A stretch of 64,000 bases of DNA. Source: Podarcis tiliguerta. Taxonomy: Eukaryota. Shown here in pieces: positions 12,677-23,549 of the stretch. Every line of letters starts with the position of its first letter. Within the stretch, counting starts at the first letter, position 1. The stretch lies in NCBI GenBank assembly GCA_965153285.1, contig OZ229118.1; one strand, written 5' to 3'. The position numbers and the translations under genes were made by a program. A model generated the notes under the pieces. It had not been told where the DNA came from and did no database searches. It worked only from the letters and a program-made list of their open reading frames with translations.

Positions 12677-13026
12677 GGAACCGGGTGGAAATGTGGGTTA
12701 AACCACAGAGCCTAGGACTTGCCGATCAGAAGGTCGGCGGTTTGAATCCCTGCGATGGGGTGAGCTCCCGTTGTTCAGTCCCTGCTCCTGCCAACCTAGC
12801 AGTTCAAAAGCACATCAAAGTGCAAGTAGATAAATAGGTACCACTCTGGTGTGAAGGTAAAAGGCGTTTCCGTGCGCTGCTCTGGTTCGCCAAAGCGGCT
12901 TAGTCATGCTGGCCACATGACCCGGAAGCTGTACACTGGCTCCCTCGGCCAATAAAGCGAGATGAGTGCCACAACCCCGGAGTCAGCCACGACTGGACCT
13001 AACGGTCAGGGGCCCCTTTACCTTTA
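12677..13026 (+). mobile_element. Sauria SINE (Squam1)
   Basis: gggttaaaccacagagcctaggacttgccgatcagaaggtcggcggtttgaatccc ... ccctttacctttacc tail. TSD-like ccattttt(t)aaaa at 12662-12674 and 13027-13039. Confidence 0.95.
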
Positions 13027-14039
13027 CCATTTTTAAAAATAAAGTAAAACCCTATTTTATCTTTTTAGTACATAGATAACATAAAACTTGTTGTCTTTAA
13101 AACCAAGATTTAGAACCTCAAGGCCCCTGAAGCAGCAGAATCCAAGGAACTAGAATTACACTATTTATTTTTGAAACAGTCTCTTGGATGATAGCTTGTC
13201 AGTCAATCATGCTAATAGAAGGAAATATATAATATTAAGCTTGGGGTCCCTTGCAGTAGTGATATTGAGACACTTACTTCTGTCTTAGACAGATGGTGTG
13301 GGGGAGGTTGTCAAAAGGGAAATGTGTTACATGTAATTTTGCAAGAAAATATTGCTTTTGAAGGAAGAATGGAAATGTCTTTTAAAAATGCAACAGTTCA
13401 ACTGTGCATACACGCTGCAATGTGGAGGCAGAATATCTAGTGGCTGTCATGATTCTGACTCATGAGAGGGCTTGTTCAGCGCTCCCAGAATTCTTCCATT
13501 TAAGGAGCCTGAAAGCCTCCTTTATAATTTTGTTTGGGATGTAGGAACACAGGGGAGTCTGGATATATACCAGTCTAATTTTTGAAGAATTATGCAAGCA
13601 TGCAAAGAGAGACGTGTGGAGGGGAAAGAAATGTATGGTTTTTTTAAAAGTTTGTGAATGTTTGTGTCTGTATATGGAATTTTCACTGAAATAATATTGC
13701 AGCTCATTTTCACTTCATTTGTTTTCGGGTGAGCTCTCAGAACACATACATACAAACACTATAGATATACCGTATCTTACTATTTTGTTTCTCTTTTGCA
13801 AATATTCTTCTGGAGTCTAATGTGTTACATTCTCTCGCCATTAACCTCTGGGGGGCAGGCAGTTAGAATTGTAATTTACTCCTTGCTGGTGTCGATTTAG
13901 ATCTTACAGTTATGATGCTTCCATGAGAGACCTGCATAAAATGTACCAATAAGAAACTTAAAATGAGAAATATTTAATCAAATTTTGTCAAGGAGATGGA
14001 GCTACCTACAATTTAAAAATTGACACTTTTGGAAAGGTA

Positions 14040-14437
14040 TGAAAACCAGGTCCAAACTAACAACATTAATTTCAACAGGGACAAATGTAAGGTTCTGCAC
14101 TTAGGTGGAAATAATCAGATAGGGATAGGGGACACCTGGCTTGCTAACAGTACACATGCAAAGGATCTAAAGGATCTAAAGCAGCAGCAAAAACACACGC
14201 AAAAAAACCCCTAATGCAATTCTAGACTGAATCAACAGAAGTATATTACCACTCTGATTTTCCTTGATCTGGAGCACTGTGTCCAGTTCTGGGTACCACA
14301 GTTTCAGAAAGGTATTGAGAAGCTGGAACGTGTGCAGATGAAGGTGACGAGGATAATAAAAATGGTCTGGAAACCAAGCTTTATGAGGAACAGTTCCGGA
14401 GTTGGATATGCTTAGCCTGGAGAAGACTAGAGAGGAG
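14040..14437 (+). mobile_element. CR1 LINE ORF2 (RT C-terminal) fragment
   Basis: Translation FNRDKCKVLHLG.NN and LEHCVQFWVPQFQKGIEKLERVQ...GLETK.YEE matches CR1 hallmark motifs. Contains frameshifts and deletions. Confidence 0.9.
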
Positions 14438-14440
14438 AAA

Positions 14441-14449
14441 TAATAATAA

Positions 14450-14488
<39 letters not shown>
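14441..14488. repeat. Compound microsatellite (TAA)3(TAG)13
   Basis: Read directly from the sequence. Explains the poly-Tyr ORF 14176-14505. Confidence 0.95.
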
Positions 14489-14552
14489 ATACAATAGCCT
14501 ATCACCTTTTTTTCTCTAGTAGCAACTGCTTTATTATCAAAATAAAAATAAT

Positions 14553-14765
14553 ATTATTGTTATTTATTAAATTTCTATATTGCCATTCATGATCACAGGG
14601 TGGTTTACAATATAAAAACACAATACAAAACATAGCAACAAACAAAAGCAATGCCCCCCCAAACCAAAACATAGTTTAAAAGGCCATAGATAGTTTAATT
14701 ACCCTCCATGGAGGGTGCACATGAAGGGGGCACATGAAGAAGGGCCTTAGATGATCATTGCAGGA
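14553..14765 (-). mobile_element. L2-type LINE 3' end, reversed
   Basis: ttatttattaaatttctatattgcc...cagggtggtttacaa followed by an A-rich tract. This is the reverse of the typical squamate L2 tail. Confidence 0.55.
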
Positions 14766-17261
14766 CTGAGAATGAGCAAACTGGTATAATATAAACTTTT
14801 GCTCCCTTTCTGTACTCTTTCAGTAGAGGCACAAAAGCCAGTGATGACAATGTTTTATCCCATCTTTAGGAAATAAAAAATAAACAAATCTGCCCATAGG
14901 CTAGGCATACAAAAAGCTATGAAAAGGCAAGGTTATTTAAAAATGGTACTACACAAACATTTCTCTTTGTTGTTGTCCTCATTTACAGACAAAGAACTGT
15001 AGGACTCTCCCAGCTTGCTTGCCCTTTCCTGTCCTTCCATAACGCGTGTGTATGCTTGTTCATTGTGAGTCTTCACTGCCAGAAAGCACAATACAGTATA
15101 GATGCTGTGTTTGATTTGTTCACAATTGCACTTAGTTGTGAAATTGCCTCTAATCCAATGTGGAGGAACTGTTACATAATTACGTGTGACCAGACTTGCA
15201 ATGGCCAGAGACTTGTCTCAAAAGGTGATGATTTGTGTTGACTATCCTAGAAAAAGCTATCAGTCTGAGTCCAGCTCTGCTTGCACAAAAATAGGGGGGA
15301 AGACAGCCACAGGAAAAGAAACAGAATAGATGTTGCACAAACATTTTTTAAATGGATATCTGTACCCAAACACACAAAAATACTGTAAGTGTGGAACTTG
15401 AGAGTTTTAATGCATTATTGTTTCCTTGCCCAGAATTTATCTCTCTAAGAAATGTGTATATGCTGGATGGGAGAAATGTCCTGTCATGACCAGGCAGGAA
15501 TGCTTGCTTGATCACAAAGTTTCAGGGTAGGCTTCTATTTGTGTGGATTCAATTCCAGTTGGTGTAACCCATTAAGAACTGTGTTAGCCACACTTGCAAA
15601 CTAAATTTGTGCCCCATCATGGCTGGTGAAGGGGAGCAAAGAGAATCTACATATTTCCCTGGATAGTATAAGGGCAGAGTGCTTTATCCGAGAGTGGACT
15701 ATAATGGTGTCCTGGGCAGGGCTCTTGATCCATTTGCTTCATTTCCCCCTGCTTCCTGCGTTCCCCATCTTCCCAAAAAATCTGCTTTGGGGAGTTGGGG
15801 AGTGCAAGATAGCATGGGAGACTGCAGTGGGGAATTTGAATCAGCAAAAATCAATCCTTTCTCTTCTTTTAGTGGAGACACCCACTGAAATTTGATCACA
15901 GGCACCAATTAGATTCCTCCCCAAGTATTATCACTCTTTGGGATTTATCACAACCTTCGTACAGATGTTTTATGTATGGACTAATAATTTTCCATACAGA
16001 GGCAAGTAACCAGAATATTAAAAAGCACAATGCTTTCTAAACTTAAAAACACCTGCTTCCTAGTTCAAGTCCTTATTGCTTTTTTCACAACTCACAAACA
16101 CTTTATTTCTAGTCACCTTGCAAGAGATGCTTAGGAATGCAGTTTTTGAAATAAAATTGATTTTTCATTAATAGGCCTTTGTTTCAGACCCCAGATATTC
16201 CAAATTGACCTAGCGTATTGTTCAAGCATAAGCAATGGATTCCCAGTCTGTCACCTCAGGTACTTTGCTAATGTAGCATTGATCAAATCTACAAATCCTA
16301 AACTCGGGAGAAGTGATAGAAATATTAGCCATGGGATGCACTACATGCCCAAAAGATAAATTGTTCAGGATGTCATTTTGCAAGTTGGAGGTCACAATTC
16401 ATTCATCTTGTTACTTTGTTGTATCCCTTTAGTGGTTTCAATTGCAGGATTAAATATTGAATGGTGGCAGATCATTCAATATATGGCTCTCCTATGTTGG
16501 CATTAGAAGGCTTTTCATGCTTAGAATGGAACTCTGTGCACACAGAATGCCAAAGGTAATCGTGCTGATGATCTGTTCTGTAAGATTAATCCCACAACAA
16601 TATTACCAAGCAATTCTTAACACATTGATTTATCCCTGATACGACACTTCTAAAACGAATGGATGCACCGAGCTTTTTAGAAATGGGATTGTGAGTGGGA
16701 CCTTTTCTAAAATGCACTATCAAAAATTAATCAATTTGTGAGTCCTTTGAGGAACGTTTCAGGATTCTGGGTAAATTTCACAAAGTTTTTCTACATAGTC
16801 AATGATGGAAGCAAAAATATCTGGGCAGCCATCTCCCAATAGATGCTCTACAGAATGACTTAATGAACCTGACTTACATCATACTGCAGAAACGCCTTCT
16901 TCAGTTTTATCTAATAGAGCTCAATTTATTTTAAATAACATTTATTAGTTTTACTTTTCATAATACATGGAATTATCTAGTTCCTAGCTTCATTTGATTG
17001 ATTTATTATTACCTAATTTGATTTCCTGTCCAACAGAGACAGTTTATAGATGTCTATTTTGATAACAGAAAATGTTTTGATGTGAAGTCAGCAGAATAAT
17101 GCTTCAACTTCTCAAATAACCCTGTTATCAGACTGTAAGAATTTGGATGACAATAATCTCATTTGTTCTGTGAATTAACTAATTTCCTTCTAGGGAAGTT
17201 ATTGTCTTTAGATTTTGCTGGGAGTGTCCATTCTTAAAATCATCATGATAACTGAGATATC

Positions 17262-17394
17262 ATAACTCAGTCAGTTGAGCTGGAGACACTTAATCTCAGA
17301 TTAAGTGTCATGGATTCAAGCTCCTGTTGAGTAAAAGATTGCAAGAGGTTGCACTAGATGATCCTCATGGTCCCTTTCAATTCTATGATTCTAT
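17262..17394 (+). mobile_element. tRNA(Lys)-derived SINE with CR1-type 3' tail, degraded
   Basis: Head taactcagtcagttgagc..gagacacttaatctcag..ggattcaagc resembles tRNA-Lys. Tail actagatgatcctcatggtccctttcaattctatgattcta is the CR1 3' end with its ATTCTRTG repeat. Confidence 0.65.
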
Positions 17395-17510
17395 ATGTAG
17401 CTTTAGCTTTCTGATCGATAGCTATCACCAGCATTTTGTGTTAGCAATTGCAAGCTTCCTTTGTCTTTCAAACTGATTTCTTATTCTTTTTGGTTTTAAT
17501 ATAGACCATG

Positions 17511-17512
<2 letters not shown>

Positions 17513-17554
<42 letters not shown>
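17513..17554. repeat. (GT)21 microsatellite
   Basis: Read directly from the sequence. Confidence 0.95.
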
Positions 17555-17556
<2 letters not shown>

Positions 17557-20075
17557 AATGCAGTGCATTAAATGGACATTGTGTGGTGTCATTGGTCACC
17601 CATTGTACTAGTTGCCACTGTAAATTTAGACTTAAAGGCCCATCATCCATGGCTCTTCGTCTGCTTTTTACTGATATTTTCAAGTTAATACATCTGTGAA
17701 GTACGTGCTTCCCCAGATTCACAATCAGATATCAAATGTACTGCCATTATAAGTCCCACTGCGTGGGAAGGAGAAATGAATGAAACTCATTAGAAAGTAC
17801 TTTCAATATATTTTCTTCCCTAGTGCTCAAATCCATTTTTGTACTGTAGAAACCTTCCATAATGTTTAATGCTTGTCTGCTGTGCATGCTAGCAAATTTT
17901 ATATTTGTCATCTTGTTCTAATTTAATGAAAGTGTAGTTGGCCATCTATTTTACAGAAGGCAGATCACATGTGTAGCTATAACCAGAATAAAGTGTTTTC
18001 TTTTCTCTGTTCCACCATTTCTGGATATAAACAGCTTAAACACGCAGACACATACACAGAGTTTGCATCTTGCCTTGTTGATTGAGAAAACATTATTGAC
18101 TTTCTTTAATCTACTTTTTTTTAAAAAAAGAAATTCTGACTGATCTTTAAGTGTGTGCTCCCGGTATTATTTAAATAATTCTGGAGATTTTCCAAAAAGG
18201 AAAATATGGCAGTTTTACATTATCACAAATTGATAATACTAATCTAACAAGTACAAAATAAAATAATAACAGAGCATGAAGTTTTGGAATAATACTGTCA
18301 CATGAGAATCCAATTCCTAATAAGAAGCTGTGCAGATTCAGCAGCATGGCTTTTGTTCACCTAGATAAAGGTGCAGAAATGATTAACTAACAGAGTTGTA
18401 ATGGCACCATATTGGGTACTAACACAGTTTAGCAGCACCATATTGTGTGCTATTAAATAGGCTAGCCACATTTTGCATATCAAAGAAAATTAATATTAGT
18501 GAAGATTCCTACTAATTTCAATACAGTTCTTTTAAAAGAGTGTAAAATGCTCTACTTTTGAAGTTGAACTGGAATTTACAAAATCTGATGCAGGCCTTAT
18601 GGATGTGTGAGGACTTGTTTAGGGTTGTATAACCTCAGTCCTAGACTTGTTTTCTATGTGCATCAGTTGGATGTGAAGTTCTTCCCAGTGAAGCCATAGA
18701 AATCATCAAATTAGAGGATCAGGTCTTGGGAAAGACACAAAACTAGGTTGGTGTAAAAGAGATAGAGTGAAATAAAACGAGGTGAGGCAAAGGAAATGAA
18801 GAAGCAAGGTAGTTGTGTGGTAGTGGTAAAATCCAGAATAGCATTGGATTGCTGAGAACAATCTTGATCTGGAAACTTTTTTTTTTACCTCAGGCCTTTC
18901 CTCATGACCCAATCCAGCCTAACGGCTGACTAAGTTTCTGTTCTGATCTGGCAGACTTTTACCAAAGTTCCTCCATTGGCTAGTGCCTGGAAACGATGCA
19001 ATGGCTTAATTTCCCATTTGACTGACATCCCTCAGGTTTCACATTTATTTATCTGCTTGAGATCATCACATTTTTCATCCTTCTGCCAGAAGGAATTCTG
19101 TCTTCTGATGGGACCTCTTTGGATATACAGCTAGAAGTGACCTCAAAAGTCATCCTATCTCAGAAACTGAATCCGCCTAAACAAGCACAACTAAAAGCTT
19201 GTTTAGCCTACTTCTAAAGACATCCACTGGTTTCCTTTGATCTGTGTATGTGAAGATGCCACACACACAAAGATGAGACTGTCTATTAATCTATTTTTAA
19301 AATTCTTGCTTCAGCAAGCTGTTGGCCTCCCCTCTCCATCCGTTACAGTCAGTTCAAATAATTAACTGAGTTAAGCATATTACATAATAAGTCTGATTCA
19401 AGAGTGGATATGTGCTGTCACCAGAGTTGCACATATATAGCACTTTAAGAAATAGCTGAACTGTCAACTGTGTGAGAAGAAAGGAAATCAGACAAAGACT
19501 TAACCTTATTGCCTTTCCTAGCAGTGACTCAACAGAATCAGTGTTTAAAGGACTACTAGCAGCCCTAGCTTTTGGGCCTGGAAAGAGTATCAGTATGCAA
19601 CACCCATCTCTGTATGCAATTTTCTGTCCAGCTAGGGATATGCATACAGAAGCCGATTTCTGCCTGCATATAACATGTACCTTGATAAAGTAAATAGGTT
19701 TTTAATTCCTGAGAAGATAACAAATATGACTAGGATCATATAATCTTTCATCATAATATTATGAATGATGTCTGGGAGAACTTGGAATGGGAGTGCTCAG
19801 TTTGGCTACAGTGGACTGCTGGAAGCTTTTGCTTTTTTCATCCATTCAGTTTGGTTTTACATATAGGCTTGTTACTAGTGGCTTGCGTCAGCTTAAAAAT
19901 TGGCCAAGATCCAGATCTGCACAGTTGAGATTGTTGAAAATCTTTCATTTTACAAGCTAAGCATGCAGCAACTGCATAATTTTATATATCCTTGCTTCTT
20001 CACATTTCCCCAACATTATATTTTGGCTATGCATCTGAGGTGTTTTTTCCCCATTTAATTTTTCTCTTCCCACAG

Positions 20076-20109
20076 TGATAAAGTGTACACTATAGACAAG
20101 TATTTCCTG
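20076..20109 (+). other. Candidate 34-nt cassette exon
   Basis: Long pyrimidine tract ttaatttttctcttcccacag and donor CTG|gtaaga. Only one frame is open (DKVYTIDKYFL). Confidence 0.3.
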
Positions 20110-20502
20110 GTAAGAGAGTATCTCTAGTATTGCTTACAAAAAGACCACATTTATAGGATATCACACCTATAGTGATAGAACTTTCTCTCTCCCTCATCTC
20201 TCTTCTCCATCTCCATATCTAAAACAGAATATTGACTCCAAAGCAAATAAAACTTTAAAAAATAAATTTCTAATATTAGTGAGCTATCATTTAAAATGGA
20301 TATGTACAATACAAGAATAACCAAATTTCTCAGATAAGTTCCTTGAATCTTTACTATAAGCTAGTCAGCTGTATCTAACAAACTAATACATGCCATTTTA
20401 AAAATTGAACTCCATAAATTCTGGGCTTTAGTAGCTGCTAGTAAAAGTTTACTCTTTTGGTTTTTTGTGACAGATTTGATCAGTCTTTTTCCTTTTAGAA
20501 TA

Positions 20503-20722
20503 CAATGGTACCTCGGGTTAAGTACTTAATTCATTCCAGAGGTCTGTTCTTAACCTGAAACTGTTCTTAACCTGAAGCACCACTTTAGCTAATGGGGCCT
20601 CCCTCTGCGCCGCCGCTGCATGATTTCTGTTCTTATCCTGAAGCAAAGTTCTTAACCTGAAGCACTATTTCTGGGTTAGCAGAGTCTGTAACCTGAAGCG
20701 TATGTAACCTGAGGTACCACTG
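20503..20722. mobile_element. Tc1/mariner (pogo/Tigger-like) MITE, copy 2
   Basis: TA|caatggtacctcgggtta ... taacctgaggtaccactg|TA, giving ~18-bp TIRs and a TA TSD. Confidence 0.93.
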
Positions 20723-21500
20723 TACCTGTTTTTAATTCTAGCTCGGAATATTTATATAGTTCACTGTTCTCACTCAGATTACTTTTGTCAGGCACTGTAT
20801 ATTTACTTGCACATTGGTTCAGGCTGCATTTTCCAGCCATTCTGTAACTCAGAGAAATGTTCAGCACCTGGCAAAATCAGACTGTTGTGTAGAATTACTT
20901 CTGAAAGGTTTATATGGAGCTTTGAATGCATAATTTTTGTGCCACGTTGGTATCCCTTGCAAAATGTTCTATTGCTGTTGAAAAACAAAGAATTGAAGGC
21001 CTAAGATACGACTTCTGAGAAATATAAATGCAAAGCAATACTCACATGATTGTATAGAGTGTAACTGACCCATGACGGTCAGCATGATGTTGTGATGGAG
21101 GAAAATATTACAGCTAGAACATTCTGGCTTCTGTTCCACTTGACTTTGAATATATTATATCTTTGCTCTATCAGCTTTGAATTTTGTTGCTTCTGATGGA
21201 TTACTGATAAACTTGTATTCACATTTATTCCAGGGCTTCTTTGAGACCCTGCCTTTTATGTATGGAAGGCAATTTGTAAATGCTGAAACTTCCTACTTTT
21301 TCTCAGTGAAATAAGACTTTCTTGTTTTCTGGAAACATTTGAAATTCTGCTTTGAAGCATATTGATTTTAATATTCTGCACATGTTTTGTTGACAACAGT
21401 AAAGGAAAATATTATTGTGGAAGGGTAGATTTTTTTGCACTGCTTAGAGGAAGATCCATGAAGAATCTGGTCCTGTGAATAGGCTCAAACCACTTTCACT

Positions 21501-21808
21501 GGGCGCTTTCACAAGACAGTTCGTTGTGGACATGGTGCAGCTGTTCATGTTTGCAAGTTTTTCAGTATCCGCATGACATTGTCATCTGCAAAACACTATC
21601 CTATCCCATCCCCTCTCCCACTTAATCTGGCTTTACTATTTCCATGTGTTTTTTAATAAATGATTTTATGCAGAAATAATTAAATCTGGTTTAAATGAGA
21701 AAATAAAATGAACATCATTTTATGAGGCTAGTGTCATGTGGACACTACACAAAACTTGCATGCATCAGCAGCACTATGTCCACAATGAACTGTTATGGAG
21801 AGATACCC
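21501..21808. mobile_element. Old palindromic DNA element, probable PIF/Harbinger-type MITE
   Basis: Arms of ~65-70 bp (acagttcgttgtggacatggtgc...gcatgacat vs gtgtcatgtgg...gcactatgtccacaatgaactgt) are reverse complements. Ends GGG...CCC with a 3-bp direct repeat ACT (21498-21500, 21809-21811). Confidence 0.65.
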
Positions 21809-22775
21809 ACTATGCCTTAAAAGGGTGTATGTGTGAAACCAAGATTTGGTTTAAAGCCAGAGAGTTATATTATTGCACATTTAGTCCTATCTCACACAGA
21901 GCTGATATTTCTGTATATGTTTAAGTTAACAGCATAGTAAAACTGGAAATCTGGAGCCCTTTTACCTTAAATAAACAATATGTTCTGAGTGTAATAGAAA
22001 AAGGATTAATAGATCCCACAACCACAAAAAAGTCAAGAAACTGAGCACCATTCAAGATTTCTTTCGTATACGAGTGAATGTCTGAGTGCTCCCTTAGCTG
22101 TCACACCACATGAAATAGAACAACAGACACACTTCCAAGTTTCAGGACAGATCTGCCCATCATCCCTAATTCCCTTTCCCTCACCATTCAATACTATTTG
22201 TAAGCATAGGGGGAAAGGTGATAAAATGAAGAATACCTGAAATTGTAGATTTCTCCAGACTAGGTAAAATTGCATTTTGCTCTCTCATCTCTATAGTGGG
22301 TCTACAGCACCACCGCGTAGCATCCAGGTCATAGCAGTCTTTTACTTCAGTCTCAAGCACATTTTTCTTCATGGATTCCTAGAATTGTAGAGTTGGAAGG
22401 GTTCCTTCAGCAGTCACTGGAGGTGACTTCTATTTTCCTAACTGCTGTAGACCTTAGTGTTTATGGTAGTATTCACTGCTCAGACATTTAGCTGCCTTGT
22501 TGTCTTATTTTTAAGTTTCAGCCCGATTGCTTGCTATTTGTTTTTGGTGGTGTTTTATTGTATCTTGGAAATGTCTGTCCAATAAAAAGGTATCCTAGGA
22601 GACAAGCAATAGAAAAGATAGCAAGAGCTACATACAGAAAAGGGGTTGGGTGTTCAACATAATTAAACATTGATTGTTATTAGACTACCCAACATCAGAG
22701 AGGATTGTTTTTTGCCAACATTGTAAGGTTTTTATTGGTGCAGAAGGTCTCAAAGTAAAAAAACAAAAAGGAAAG

Positions 22776-22807
<32 letters not shown>
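22776..22807. repeat. (TAAC)8 microsatellite
   Basis: Read directly from the sequence. Confidence 0.95.
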
Positions 22808-22808
<1 letters not shown>

Positions 22809-23427
22809 GTGTACCTTATTGTGTTGTGAATTCTTACTCTCCCCTCCCTCCCCAATATGAATCTGATTTATATTGCTGCTTCCTGTCTGGGTTTGTCTGC
22901 TGTCTAGTGCTGAGTTTACTTTGCCACTATGAGGTCAGTATATAAAGATTTAACACAGATCTGATTTGGTTAGGCAATCCTTTCAGCTTTATTAAATCAA
23001 CAACTAGGCAAATCCCTAATACAAAAAAATCCAGGCATGGATGATATCATAATTATCATATTCTAACACAATAAAGCAAAACTATACGACTTAATTGAGT
23101 GGAACTCTACCAAACCCTTTCTTTGATTGATAAATCAGGTTATGTCTGATATCATAAAAGGAAGTCTCAGATCTATACTCATTAGCAAACCACACCATCC
23201 TCTTCCTTCCCCCACCAATGTAACCTTTGCTCATTTCTTATCTAGTTTTCTGCAGTGCTTCATGTTGAATCTTTCTAGTATTAAAACCATTTTAGAATAA
23301 ATGTGCACACTGCTATTACCAGACTTTAAACAGTAAGGGCCTCCTGCCTGCCTTAGCCTGAATATAGCACAGCTGAAAGTACCCAACACTATAAGGCAGA
23401 TAAATGTAAACTATGTCAGTAAATATT

Positions 23428-23549
23428 CTGGGTTGTATACAACCCAGCTGGTCATATTCAGACCCACTGAAATTAATGGACATGACTAACTTAGTCCCAT
23501 CAATATCAATAGGTCTCCTTTGAGTAAAACTTACTTGGCTACAACCCTG
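23428..23549. mobile_element. Short old hairpin-type DNA repeat (MITE-like)
   Basis: gggttgtatacaa ... ttggctacaaccc termini and internal symmetry (actgaaattaatgg / ccatcaatatcaat). Confidence 0.55.

Noticed and set aside
17262-17330. tRNA-Lys gene (also tRNA-like heads at 48989 and 60310)
   Set aside because: Degenerate cloverleafs that continue into SINE bodies and LINE-derived tails. They are SINE heads, not tRNA genes.
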